A stretch of 64,000 nt of DNA from Savitreella phatthalungensis (Eukaryota). This document shows positions 11,049-21,547 of this stretch, one piece after another (the first letter of the stretch is position 1; each line of letters opens with the position of its first letter). Below the pieces are notes generated by a model that was given only the letters and a program-made list of their open reading frames with translations, did not search any database and had not been told where the DNA came from. The stretch is taken from assembly GCA_051599415.1 (NCBI GenBank), contig AP039689.1, forward strand, positions 1,054,001 to 1,118,000, written 5' to 3'. The translations under genes and the position numbers were made by a program.

Positions 11049-11268
11049 TCACTATATGAGCATCAAATGATGTTGAATTCCAAAGGTCGAGTGAGGATGC
11101 ACAGATTCAACACCATGCATAAAACCTCGTCCTAGTCTCGTCTTGACGCACGAGACTCTTCGCTTGATTGGAGTGACATCGAGGCAAACAAACGGCTTCA
11201 GAGCTCAAAGTGAAGTCTTTTGTCATTGAATTCTGCGAGGTGGGGCACGTGCTATCTCTGGCCATCCG

Positions 11269-12522
11269 ATGCACCTCTCGTCCAGCCTGCTGCGGCTCAT
11301 CGTGGTCACTTCTGCTTCTGCAGCTACCTCGCGTGTGAGCAACTTTATAAACCACCAGATCTACGGATCCGCTCAGCAGGTCGGCGATGAGATTATCCTC
11401 ACTCCTCCCGGTCGACCTTCCCAGGCAGGAGCAATCTGGGCCACTGACTCGACAGACCTGCCTGAATGGACCCTCGACATCAAGTTCCGCGTCAATGGCC
11501 CGCCGGGCGGGGGAAAAGGTCTAGCTATCTGGTTCACTGCTGATCGTGGCCAGGGTGGCCAGGTATTTGGATCAATGGACCAATGGGACGGCCTCGGAGT
11601 GTTTCTGACGACTCAGAGCGACGGCACAGGTGTGCTTCGGGGTCATCTCAATGATCGCAGTGTCAAGTATGCCCGGCTTGAGGACGCTGCGTCAAGTGTG
11701 TTTGGTGTTGATCATGATCACACAAGTGCTGCAGCAAAGCAGGCCTTCGCAGCTTGTACAATGCTTTATCGCAACCTCGGTACAATCTCCACCATTACTC
11801 TCTCTTACAACGACGGGTCGCTGAAGGTTCAGCATGACGGCGAGCTTTGCTTTGAGAACGAGCATGTACGATTGCCAAAGGGCTATTACTTTGGCGTGAG
11901 CGCTCTCAGCGGTGAAGTGGCTGATTCGTTCGAGCTTTTCGGCGTCGCGGTCGCAGCCGTTTCCCATACTCCGCATCGAACGTCGCCACAACCCAATGCA
12001 GACAAGCCTCAAAGGGCCTTTGCTACTACCCCTGCAGCAGCGATGCATGGAACACAATCAGATTCGGGCAGTGGATCGCCTGCTCCGGGTCATGAACAGG
12101 CCCTTGGCCACGTCGTCGAGCAACTCATTCGTGATGCAGCTGAGACGAAAGACAAGCTCGACCGGCTGATACAGCTCGCAAGTACTATTCAACATCTGGA
12201 ACAAACGATTTCGAGGCTGGACACTTCAGTCGCTCAGGTAAGGCAGGCCGGCATGACCGGCAACCAGGTCGCGAATGGCGGTGGCGCCGATGACGCTCAC
12301 ATCCAGACCCTCAGTCGGCAGGTGCATGCCATGGAAGCCAAGTTCGACCTGATGGAACGGCATATAGAGAAGCAAACTGAACGCATCGTCGCCGCACTTC
12401 CACCACCGGCGGCAAGCGCCGTTAAGTGGGCGGTGGCCATCATTGTGCTCGTCCAGCTGACTTTCATTGGCTCCTTTGTGCTATATCGTCGGCGCCAGGA
12501 AAACAAGGACAAGATGTGGTAG
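11269..12522 (+). CDS. L-type lectin cargo receptor, Emp46/Emp47/ERGIC-53-like
   Basis: Signal peptide and legume-lectin domain (QAGAIW, GKGLAIWFT, DQWDGLGVF, LPKGYYFGVSA). Followed by a coiled coil, a TM helix and a C-terminal KxKxx (KDKMW). Confidence 0.9.
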   Translation: MHLSSSLLRLIVVTSASAATSRVSNFINHQIYGSAQQVGDEIILTPPGRPSQAGAIWATDSTDLPEWTLDIKFRVNGPPGGGKGLAIWFTADRGQGGQVFGSMDQWDGLGVFLTTQSDGTGVLRGHLNDRSVKYARLEDAASSVFGVDHDHTSAAAKQAFAACTMLYRNLGTISTITLSYNDGSLKVQHDGELCFENEHVRLPKGYYFGVSALSGEVADSFELFGVAVAAVSHTPHRTSPQPNADKPQRAFATTPAAAMHGTQSDSGSGSPAPGHEQALGHVVEQLIRDAAETKDKLDRLIQLASTIQHLEQTISRLDTSVAQVRQAGMTGNQVANGGGADDAHIQTLSRQVHAMEAKFDLMERHIEKQTERIVAALPPPAASAVKWAVAIIVLVQLTFIGSFVLYRRRQENKDKMW

Positions 12523-12808
12523 AAACGAGAATGACTAGACCATGTATGCCATAATGGCCTGATACGAATTCGCTAATCACACCCTCCTGTGTCGGGCATG
12601 CGTGCGCCATCGTCCTTTGGCTCATGTCCTCGGAAAGAGCTTGAATCTTTGTGCTACAGCAAGCAGGTTTTCCAATGCAAATTGTCGTGCTCCACAAAAA
12701 TGCGCGCCATATGCAGATGTGCGTCACTAGCCTTATTGGGCGTATTTCCACACACGACAGCGAAGACAACGGAAACGCCGGTCCCATCCAACATAGAGGC
12801 AGTGTGCC

Positions 12809-14623
12809 ATGGATTATGCGCAAATCGGGCTCGACCGGCCGCATACGCCGGCGAATGAGCCTATTCGAACGCGCTTCCGGAAGCCCAATGGCAGGATCAA
12901 GGAGCGGACGGCTGTCTTCATCGTCTGCGTCACGGCAATGAGCCTATTCGGCTATGATCAAGGCCTGCTAGGCGGTGTGTTGGTGGGAGATCAGTTCATC
13001 AAGCATTTTGAGGATCCTTCTCCAAGTACGCAGGGTTTTGTGACAAGCATATACGACATCGGCTGCTTTGTCGGCTGTATTGTCTGTCTCTTCATAGGCG
13101 ATCTGCTCGGCCGGCGACGGACCATTATGGCTGGCGTTAGCATCATGGCGGGCGGAGCTATTTTACAAACACTATCTGCCGATGTCGCACAATTGGCTTG
13201 GGGACGGTTTATTGCTGGGATCGGCAATGGGCTCAATACCGCCACAGCTCCGGTCTATCATGCTGAGGTATCGGAGGCGCACGATCGCGGAAAGGCCGTT
13301 GTCATGGAAATGTTCATTAACGTGGTCGGGTTCGTCATATCTAACTGGACAACCCTGGCATTTGCAGCAGTGCCAAATAACATGCAGTGGCGAATTCCTT
13401 TCGCCGGGCAACTTGTGTTCGCAGGCATCATCGCCATTGCCTTGCCATTTGCACCGGAATCGCCACGCTGGCTGATGATCAAAGGACGGCAACAAGAAGG
13501 TCTTGAGGTGATTGCTCAATTGGACGGCATGGATATTTCCTCGGAGCGCGTACAAGTGGAAGGTCGGAAGATTGCAGAGTCGATCGAAGTTGAGCGACGA
13601 TCACAAGTCTCCTGGTTTGATCTGCTGCGTCGAGGGCAGGACGAGAACTCGACGGTATGGCGAGCCTTTCTAGGCGTTGCGCTTCAGGCGATGCAACAGG
13701 TCAGCGGTATCAATGTTGTCGCTTACTTCCTGCCCCTCGTTCTGCAGAAAAGCGTCGGCCTACGAAGGCCTTGGCCGCGCGTCGTGGCAGCTTTCAACTC
13801 GATCACTTTCTGTTTGGCCAATCTGGTGCCCTATTTCTTGATTGAGCGCTGTGGCCGCCGAGTGCTCCTCATCGTTCTCGCGGTCACTAACGGTCTGTGC
13901 TTCCTCGTGGCCGCAATAGCCCTGAGCACGATATCTGCGAACAACACGAACCAACACACGATGGGAATCATAGCAACAATCGCGTTCATGCTGTTCTTTA
14001 TTTCCTTCGGCTGTGGCTGGTGCGCTATCCCCTGGCTCTACCCAGCCGAGATCAACAGCATCGGAATGCGCACCAAAGGCGCGGCCCTAGCATCGGCGAG
14101 CGACTGGCTGTTCAACTACGTCGTGGTTGGCGTGACTCCACTGGGCATCCATCACCTTGGGTGGCGCTTCTACCTCATCTTCTTCGTCTTGAACGTCTCT
14201 TTTGCGCCCATCGTCTACCTCTTCTTCCCTGAGACGGCAGGAAAATCTCTTGAAGAGATTGACGCAATGTTCTCGGGCGGCAAAGCGTCGTATCTCGTAG
14301 TCGGGAAGGCAGCTGCTATCAGACAGGCTCGCGGACTCACCGGTGTCGCTGCCAACGACCGTGATATCGAAGAGGTCTCGCTAATCAGAGCGAATACTGA
14401 GCACGATATCACCGGAGATGCATTTGCCCTGGGCGACGAGAGCGACGATGATCGAGTGATCTTTGATCAAGATGGCCTATCCGACGATGAGGATGTCGAT
14501 AGGGTCAGCCGGAGTCCTGCCAGGATGATCGACCGTGGTGAGTTAGACCTGAGCGAGAAGGAGCAAGACACCTTCACCTCGTCCTCCGCCGCTTCATCGC
14601 GCCCGACATCCAAGCGCGGTTAA
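12809..14623 (+). CDS. MFS sugar porter (STL1-like) with acidic C-terminal tail
   Basis: LFGYDQG, DLLGRRR, PESPRWL, QQVSGIN, PWLYPAEI and PETAGKSLEEID motifs. Confidence 0.92.
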   Translation: MDYAQIGLDRPHTPANEPIRTRFRKPNGRIKERTAVFIVCVTAMSLFGYDQGLLGGVLVGDQFIKHFEDPSPSTQGFVTSIYDIGCFVGCIVCLFIGDLLGRRRTIMAGVSIMAGGAILQTLSADVAQLAWGRFIAGIGNGLNTATAPVYHAEVSEAHDRGKAVVMEMFINVVGFVISNWTTLAFAAVPNNMQWRIPFAGQLVFAGIIAIALPFAPESPRWLMIKGRQQEGLEVIAQLDGMDISSERVQVEGRKIAESIEVERRSQVSWFDLLRRGQDENSTVWRAFLGVALQAMQQVSGINVVAYFLPLVLQKSVGLRRPWPRVVAAFNSITFCLANLVPYFLIERCGRRVLLIVLAVTNGLCFLVAAIALSTISANNTNQHTMGIIATIAFMLFFISFGCGWCAIPWLYPAEINSIGMRTKGAALASASDWLFNYVVVGVTPLGIHHLGWRFYLIFFVLNVSFAPIVYLFFPETAGKSLEEIDAMFSGGKASYLVVGKAAAIRQARGLTGVAANDRDIEEVSLIRANTEHDITGDAFALGDESDDDRVIFDQDGLSDDEDVDRVSRSPARMIDRGELDLSEKEQDTFTSSSAASSRPTSKRG

Positions 14624-14710
14624 CTATCACGGCGATGTTTGATGATTATGACCACCGAAAATGATGTAATGCGCTTGCTGCTACCGACTTCTTTTGAAAG
14701 TCTATGCTTG

Positions 14711-15007
14711 TCAGCCCTGTTGACCTCCTTCATTCTGCTTTTCAAGCCAAGCATTACGTTTCTCCCGTCTCTCGAGCAGGAAGATATTGCGAGCCTCATC
14801 CAGGTCTTCTGGATTTGTATAGAGATGCATACAATCAAGCATAGCCTTCTTCTCCGGTTTGCATGACCATGCAAGAGAGATAGTCTTGTCGCGAGAGCAA
14901 ACGATGAAGTCCTTGATTAGAGCATCACATCGCTGTCTAGCACGTTGCTGCATCAGCCTGTGGACCTGAGTCTCTTCACGCGGGTTCAAATTCTCAAGCA
15001 AGGCCAT
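14711..15007 (-). CDS. CMC1: Twin Cx9C-type COX assembly protein, Cmc1-like
   Basis: LNPREE..ARQRCDALIKDFIVC..SLAWSCKPEKKAMLDCM gives two Cx9C motifs in 98 aa. Confidence 0.82.
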   Translation of the reverse strand: MALLENLNPREETQVHRLMQQRARQRCDALIKDFIVCSRDKTISLAWSCKPEKKAMLDCMHLYTNPEDLDEARNIFLLERREKRNAWLEKQNEGGQQG

Positions 15008-15632
15008 ATCCCTCTAATTGTGTCCGTCTCGACCTTCTTTATGTGTAGTCTTTGGCATCAAAAGGTCAGTCAATCATTCAAACCTTACAGTAGCCGAGTG
15101 TATGCCGTAACCTTGCACACCCACGTACGTACAGCGTACGGTCCGAGGAATCAATCCTATGCGCAGTACACTATAGTATACGGCTTACGTAGCACCAGCT
15201 CATCACATGCATAGCTAGTCGATTCAATTTTAGTTCAGACAGGCTGAGATCGATTTAGTGTTCTCAATGCATCATTCGATTAATCACAATCACTTGCATG
15301 TGGCTTTTCAGGAGAGGTTCTGAACACGTGCATTGTACAGAACGCGGTTGATAGCGGAGACCACAAGCACTCGGTTTGGAGACCATCAGGAGCAAGGGCG
15401 AGCTAGTGTGGCCGAAGATAGTCTGCGCACTCGTCACTGTTGCAGCGACATCGGAGCATCTATCACAAGAATCCAACAGATTGAAGTAGGTCGTTCCTGT
15501 TCGCGGCGTTTCAAGTACCCAGGGCAACAGCAGTTGTCGAGATCACTGGCATTCGGTTGTTGAAGGAAAGCACAGTACAGGACACAGAGGCTGTCAGAAG
15601 GGTCAGTATCGCTTGTTCTTCACCAATCTTGC

Positions 15633-17369
15633 ATGGCCTACGTGGTTCGCAATGGCTGGGTCTTCCTGAAGCACGCCAATTATCAGTTGCAAGAAGATGG
15701 AACTCCGAAAAAGCTAGCAACGCGCAGAACTGTAGACTATGGTGCGGCAGTCTCTCAGTGGTTGCAAAGAAGGAAGCAGAGTGGCGCTCCATACGCACGC
15801 CAAAGACCTGATAGTAATTACGCAATCGACATCATGCCGCCAACATGCGAGGCAGAAGCGCAAGCGAGCAGTGGCACTAGTGCTGCAGACTCGCTTTGTG
15901 TCAAATTCATCCACACGTCTTCCAACAAGAACAAGCACCCGGTCAATTGCGTGCGATGGACACCGGACGCGCGTCGGGTTCTCACAGCCTCCAGCTCCGG
16001 TGAATTCACCTTGTGGAACGGGTTGACGTTCAATTTCGAGACTATTCTGCAGGCTCATGACACGGCGGTTCGTGCATTAGAATGGAGTCCCTCGGGAGAC
16101 TGGCTCATCTCAGGAGATCATGAGGGAAACGTCCAGTACGCACAACCGAACATGAATATCGTCAAGGTCCTTCCAACTCATACGGAAGCGGTGAGGGACC
16201 TCGCCTGGTCTCCACAGGGAACGAAATTTTGTTCAGCTTCGGATGACGGTACGTGCAAGGTGTGGCACTTTGCACAGGCGCTGGAGGAGAGAACACTGAC
16301 TGGACACGGGTGGGATGTCAAGTCGTGCGATTGGCATCCATCGAAAGGCTTGATTGTGACAGGGTCGAAAGATAACTTGGTGAAACTTTGGGATCCGCGC
16401 ACAGCGCGTTGTCTTACAACCCTACACGGACATAAGAACACGGTGTCGAAGGTCATGTTCCAGCGGGCCGGAGGTGCGAGCCTTCTAGCGACCTGTTCAA
16501 GAGACTCCTCAGCTCGCGTGCTTGACCTTCGGCAAATGCGTGATCTTAGGGTCTTGCGAGGGCACGAGCGCGATGTGACCACTTTGACATGGCACCCGGT
16601 CGTTCCTGGGCTTTTGACGACAGGTGGCCATGATGGCGGTATCTCGCACTACTTGCTCGACGAGTCTGAGCCCGCGCCCACGGCTCAGGCACAATCAGCC
16701 CTGCTTGCACCCGTGGCCGGACCAGGTCATGGTCGATCAGGAACTGATGCAAGTGCCGCGCTATTCTCACAAGCCAATCTCGCTAAGCCTACAATGTCGA
16801 TCCAGCATGCCCACGAGTCAGCTATTTGGGGAATGGAGTACCATCCACTTGGCCACCTCCTCGCAACTGCCTCCAATGATAGAGCGACGCGTTTCTGGGC
16901 GCGGGCCAGACCTGGCGATGATGACACCTTTAGAGATAAGTATCACGTCGGCGAAGACGAGGCGATCCGAATCGGAACTCTCGATCCAGCATTCCGCTCA
17001 CGTTCTCGAGAGGCTATGTTTGGCAGTGCGCACGGCGGTAGAGAAGAACGCCAAGATACTCCGCAGATGCCTGATCTCGCACGAGACGCACAAAAGACGT
17101 ACACGAATGGCGATCTGGCGCCCCGTCTGCCAGGTCTCGGCGGTCAAATTCCTCAACTTGAGCAGCCGCCTGCGGAGATGAGCAACGGTGCACATATGTT
17201 TATCCCCGGCTTTGCTAATGCCATGCCACCAATGCCGCCGTTTCCACCACTACTGAACGGAAGCATACCAGGTTTTGGTGCCGGACAAAGGCCAAATCCA
17301 GCCCCTGGTCAAGGGGGCGCGTTCCCACCATTTCCAACAACAACAACGAACGACCCGAGACGGCGATGA
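15633..17369 (+). CDS. PFS2: Polyadenylation factor subunit 2 (WDR33 orthologue), WD40
   Basis: RRTVDY, SSGEFTLWNGLTFNFETILQAHD, GHGWDVKSCDWHP and SNDRATRFWARARPGD motifs; Pro/Gly-rich tail. Confidence 0.95.
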   Translation: MAYVVRNGWVFLKHANYQLQEDGTPKKLATRRTVDYGAAVSQWLQRRKQSGAPYARQRPDSNYAIDIMPPTCEAEAQASSGTSAADSLCVKFIHTSSNKNKHPVNCVRWTPDARRVLTASSSGEFTLWNGLTFNFETILQAHDTAVRALEWSPSGDWLISGDHEGNVQYAQPNMNIVKVLPTHTEAVRDLAWSPQGTKFCSASDDGTCKVWHFAQALEERTLTGHGWDVKSCDWHPSKGLIVTGSKDNLVKLWDPRTARCLTTLHGHKNTVSKVMFQRAGGASLLATCSRDSSARVLDLRQMRDLRVLRGHERDVTTLTWHPVVPGLLTTGGHDGGISHYLLDESEPAPTAQAQSALLAPVAGPGHGRSGTDASAALFSQANLAKPTMSIQHAHESAIWGMEYHPLGHLLATASNDRATRFWARARPGDDDTFRDKYHVGEDEAIRIGTLDPAFRSRSREAMFGSAHGGREERQDTPQMPDLARDAQKTYTNGDLAPRLPGLGGQIPQLEQPPAEMSNGAHMFIPGFANAMPPMPPFPPLLNGSIPGFGAGQRPNPAPGQGGAFPPFPTTTTNDPRRR

Positions 17370-17491
17370 TGGTATATCAATGAGTGCTACGGCGATGCTA
17401 GAGTGCGAAGGGACATTAGAATATACAGCGGAAGCGTATCCCGGGCTAGGTGATGTGTATAAAAGTTCCAATTTGAGGTGCCAGGTTGTTA

Positions 17492-18040
17492 TCAGGAAGA
17501 GCCACGCTTCATAATATTCACAAGCCAGTCCAGTCCTTCATTTAGGCCTTCGCCTTTGACGGCAGAGCAGCCGACTATGCGCCAGTCGCGGTCCCGCAAC
17601 ATATGTAGCCCCAATCGGGTTGCAATCTCAGCAGAAGCAAGCGCGCCAGACTGATCCTGCTTATTTGCGAACACGAGCAGTGGAACACCTTTAAGCTCAT
17701 CCTCTCCTAGCATGGCGGACAGCTCGTCCCCGGCGATGCCCACTCTGTCGACGTCGGCAGAGTCAACGACATAGATAACAGCGCCGGTGTCTGCATAGTA
17801 GCACCGCCAGTACGGCCGAATGCTCGATTGACCCCCAAGATCCCAGACATTGAATTGTAGGTTCTGATATGTTACAGTCTCGACATTGAAGCCAATGGTA
17901 GGCACGGTATCGACGACCTCACCGATTGAGAGCCGATAAAGAATCGTTGTCTTGCCAGCACCATCAAGACCCAGGATCAGGATGCGAATCTCCTTCTCCC
18001 CGAAAAGACCCGCAAATATGCGGCTGTAGAGAGCACCCAT
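17492..18040 (-). CDS. ARL1: ADP-ribosylation factor-like GTPase 1
   Basis: MG myristoylation start, [26 protein letters not shown] (Arl1 signature) and NKQD. Confidence 0.95.
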   Translation of the reverse strand: MGALYSRIFAGLFGEKEIRILILGLDGAGKTTILYRLSIGEVVDTVPTIGFNVETVTYQNLQFNVWDLGGQSSIRPYWRCYYADTGAVIYVVDSADVDRVGIAGDELSAMLGEDELKGVPLLVFANKQDQSGALASAEIATRLGLHMLRDRDWRIVGCSAVKGEGLNEGLDWLVNIMKRGSS

Positions 18041-18429
18041 CTGACAAGGGGCCGTCAGCCCGTGACTCAGTAGTCCCGCGGTTTATTGTAGCACGGTAGT
18101 TTATGAGCTTGCAATGCTTTGCCTGTTGGTATTGACGAACGCAGGTCGGATAGAGCTCGCTATGGTTTATTATTCAAGGAAATCAATAGGTGGGTTCTCT
18201 GCATACGTAGCTATTTCAATGAACGATGGATCGATGCACGATCTCGGGGCGACGGCGAAATCCTGTAGCTGCCGGCATGGTTGCCTGCCTATGAACGCAC
18301 AACCATGTATCTGCGGCCGTGTTACACGACAGGCGTATCTGGGTCCGGCATGGCTTGACATTGCTAGCTCGAGCACTAGTACGCATCGAATGAATTACGA
18401 CTATGACGAATTCGTGAAAAGACTATGAA

Positions 18430-19251
18430 TTAAGAGCTAGTAGCTCCGAGTTTCGGAACGTCTTCCGCAGTGATTGGCTTCTCCTGTGTGGTTGAGGTAC
18501 CGCCCGGAGCGTGGGCTCCGGCCTCAGCTGGATTGATAACTCCTTGACTGCTGGAGATCACGCCGTTGCCTTGACGCAGATCTGCCAGTCTACGGGCTTC
18601 TGAGTGAACATCCATGGCTGAACCCACGAGGTCAGAGTAAAATGACCGAACTTTGTTGCCAGCTCCAGTGTCGAGATAGCGCTGGAAAGAAGCGTACAGG
18701 GAGGAAGCCTGTTGTTGGGCTGTTTGAGTGATGTTATACTTTGCATCCGCTTCCTGAAGCTTGTCAGTCACCTTGAGCTTATTGTCGACCTCCTGTGCGC
18801 GTTGCTGAGCGCTCTGCAGAAGCGAGTAGAACCGCTCCGAGATACCGTGAGCCTTGTCGAACTCCATTGATTTGCTAACGGCGGAGTCGCCTAGCACATA
18901 ACCGTGCGACAAGTATTCGGCGATGATGGTGGTGCGTGGCTTCTGCTCCTGCGGAACATCACTGCCATCCTCGTGCGCGGCCAGGTCGCGGTCATCCGAT
19001 GTCGAGGCGTCCGCGGAGCTCGATGATTCGCTGTCAGACTCAATCTTAATCTTGTCGAGCCCGAGCACAGCGTCTTGCAGCAGGAGGGCGGTCTTCGCAG
19101 CTGAAGCACGCTCGAAAGTGATGTGGGCTGTCTGATGATTGGCAGCCTTTCTGACCGAGATGTCGCTGATGCGGCCGCAGAAGCTGAAGAACTGCTTGAT
19201 CTGAGGCTGCGTCACGTCAAGGGAAATATTGCTTGCCGTTACCTTCGACAT
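18430..19251 (-). CDS. vip1: RRM protein, Vip1-like
   Basis: FFSFCGRIS RRM, AAKTALLLQDAVLG and QEQKPRTTIIAEYLSHGYVLGD. Start placed at MSKVTASNIS. Confidence 0.87.
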   Translation of the reverse strand: MSKVTASNISLDVTQPQIKQFFSFCGRISDISVRKAANHQTAHITFERASAAKTALLLQDAVLGLDKIKIESDSESSSSADASTSDDRDLAAHEDGSDVPQEQKPRTTIIAEYLSHGYVLGDSAVSKSMEFDKAHGISERFYSLLQSAQQRAQEVDNKLKVTDKLQEADAKYNITQTAQQQASSLYASFQRYLDTGAGNKVRSFYSDLVGSAMDVHSEARRLADLRQGNGVISSSQGVINPAEAGAHAPGGTSTTQEKPITAEDVPKLGATSS

Positions 19252-19818
19252 TTGTGCTGATCTCGGAGTACGATTTGTCACTGTCTGAAGTTGAGACTTT
19301 CTTATGTCAGTAATCGTCCCGACGAGACGGTATGTTCGAGGGATCGATCGTGTAGGCAATGGAGGTAGACGTCTACCTGACTGACCGAAGGCGTTGTGCT
19401 GGCGCGAAAGACCGCACGGTAGAATTGATGGTGCACTGAGTCGAATTCGTGGCCAAGGTGAGTGACCGATCGATTGGACAGTGCTGACAACGAATCAGAA
19501 CGTGGAAGATCAGGACACCTTGGAAATAGCGAGTATGAGTGTAGCCTCTGTGATTTTTAGCAAAGTCAAGAAGCTCAATAAGAAGGCCGTCTCTCTCAAA
19601 TTGATTGACTATAGTGAGATTTCTCAGCCGTTGTCTCGAATTGGCATTGATAGATATCTACGATGATCCACGTCGATAACTAACAAGTAATTCCAGCTGT
19701 ACTTAGCCTCGTTCACTTCTCAATTGTTCTGATGCTCTGGAGGAAGATTGACTAGTCTTGGCTTTCCAGCGTAAAACCTTGAATGAAGCGCAATGACGGA
19801 GGTGGCGCACCTCAAGCA

Positions 19819-19884
19819 GAGTTTCCAATGAGTTTTCAGTTAGTTTTAGGTGAAATTTCGGTGGGTTTTGAGTGAGTTTTCAAA
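19819..19884. repeat. Degenerate 11-bp tandem repeat, 6 copies (consensus GAGTTTTCAGT)
   Basis: GAGTTTCCAAT GAGTTTTCAGT TAGTTTTAGGT GAAATTTCGGT GGGTTTTGAGT GAGTTTTCAAA, with an exact 11-nt period. Confidence 0.8.
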
Positions 19885-20276
19885 GTGTTGTTAAAAAATG
19901 TTTGTATTGATCAATCGATAATATGGTTCTCGTCACTATTGTCTTAGCGATCGGCTTTTTATAACTGTCGACCTTTCTCGTCCTGCATGCATTAATTGTC
20001 ACTCATGAATCATCGATCGTTTCTGATGTCTGACGACAGATCGATTTAGACTAGAACTATCCCACTCTATGGAAACCAAATAGTCAGTCAGTCGCGTCAG
20101 ATCTCAAGTCATTCGTCCCACATGCACTGCATAATTTGTCCTTTCGAATGTCCAAACCTATATACTCGTCGTTGCAATGCAAGGACAAAGCCATCCAATG
20201 CATGGCTCATTCTCGTCCGAGGTGTACCCTGTACCTCACGTGAGAGTGGCTCAAACATAACTACCCGAACGCATCT

Positions 20277-21494
20277 ATGCTTCTTCGGCCTCAGATTACC
20301 AGGAACACGTCGGCCCTCCGTAGATCAATGTCATCCTTCGCGTTGAATCCCGCAGATTATCTGAGCGATAAACCAAGTCCAGCCCGGCCTATCGAGGTTC
20401 TCGTCATTGGTGCTGGCGGCATCGGCAGTCTATACGCTACTTTGCTCGAGCGTGGCGGTAATAGCGCAGATGCTGGACTTGTCCGGATCAGCCTCGTCGC
20501 GCGGTCGAACCACGACGCCATATCCCGGCGGGGTGGTATTGAAGTATCTTCAAAGAAATATGGAGAACTTTTCCTGAAGCATGCACGGCTCTTTCGCACA
20601 GTTCAGGAGGCAGTGGTCGGGCAGCTGAAGTATGACTTTGTCGTCTGCACGACAAAAGCCCTTAATGAACCTGGCAAGCCCTCAACAGCTGAGCTCTTGA
20701 AGCCTGCGCTCGAGTCCAGCCCGGGCGCCTGTATCGTGGCAATCCAGAATGGACTTGGAATCGAAGAGCCTCTGCACGAGCAATTTCCGCATCATCCACT
20801 GATTGGCTGTACAGCATACACAGGCGTCTGGCAGGAAGGGGAAGCGAGGGTCTGCCATGCTGCCCTCGACCGCATGGAGGTTGGCGTATTTCCCGAAGTC
20901 TCCTTGGAAATGTGTCCGAATAGTGCAAGCAAGGAGTCTTATGCCGTCGAGTTCCCTGAGCCAGTTCTGTCAGGACCAGCGGCTCTGCGACGTGCGTCTG
21001 CAAACACCGATTCAAACTACGTCAAATCACAGCTTGCTGCGCTGACATTGTTTGTCTCGTTGCTAAGAAGAGGCGGATGTCAGGTGCTCACCCTTGGAAG
21101 CATCGTTGCAGGACGCTGGAAGAAGCTGGTCTGGAATGGCAGTTTTAATCCAGTCTGCGCCATTCTCGACATGGACACTGAGAAGATTTGTGCAGATGCT
21201 GCAGCCTCGAGACTTGTCGAACGATGTATGCGAGAAGTCTGCGCGGTGGCTCGTGCCGATGGCATTACCTTTGACGACGATACGCTCGTGGCGAAGAATT
21301 TTAAGGACACACAAGACTATATGGGAGCGTATAAGCCTTCAATGCAACTCGACAGACTGGCGAAGCGCAAGATGGAGCTCTCGGTCATCCTCGGTGAACC
21401 AATCCGCAGAGCAAAGGAATACGGAGTAGCAGTTGGCTCGCTTGAATCATGCAGGGACATTCTCACTGTCTTGGAAGAGCAGACGGGCGTCTGA
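20277..21494 (+). CDS. 2-dehydropantoate 2-reductase (ApbA/PanE family)
   Basis: VIGAGGIGS Rossmann motif, IQNGLG, RWKKLVWNGSFNP and YKPSMQLDRLAKRKMELSVILGEP. Confidence 0.9.
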   Translation: MLLRPQITRNTSALRRSMSSFALNPADYLSDKPSPARPIEVLVIGAGGIGSLYATLLERGGNSADAGLVRISLVARSNHDAISRRGGIEVSSKKYGELFLKHARLFRTVQEAVVGQLKYDFVVCTTKALNEPGKPSTAELLKPALESSPGACIVAIQNGLGIEEPLHEQFPHHPLIGCTAYTGVWQEGEARVCHAALDRMEVGVFPEVSLEMCPNSASKESYAVEFPEPVLSGPAALRRASANTDSNYVKSQLAALTLFVSLLRRGGCQVLTLGSIVAGRWKKLVWNGSFNPVCAILDMDTEKICADAAASRLVERCMREVCAVARADGITFDDDTLVAKNFKDTQDYMGAYKPSMQLDRLAKRKMELSVILGEPIRRAKEYGVAVGSLESCRDILTVLEEQTGV

Positions 21495-21547
21495 AAAATC
21501 AAATTCACAATACATCATGCATTGCATGATCGAACAGGAGCGCAGAG

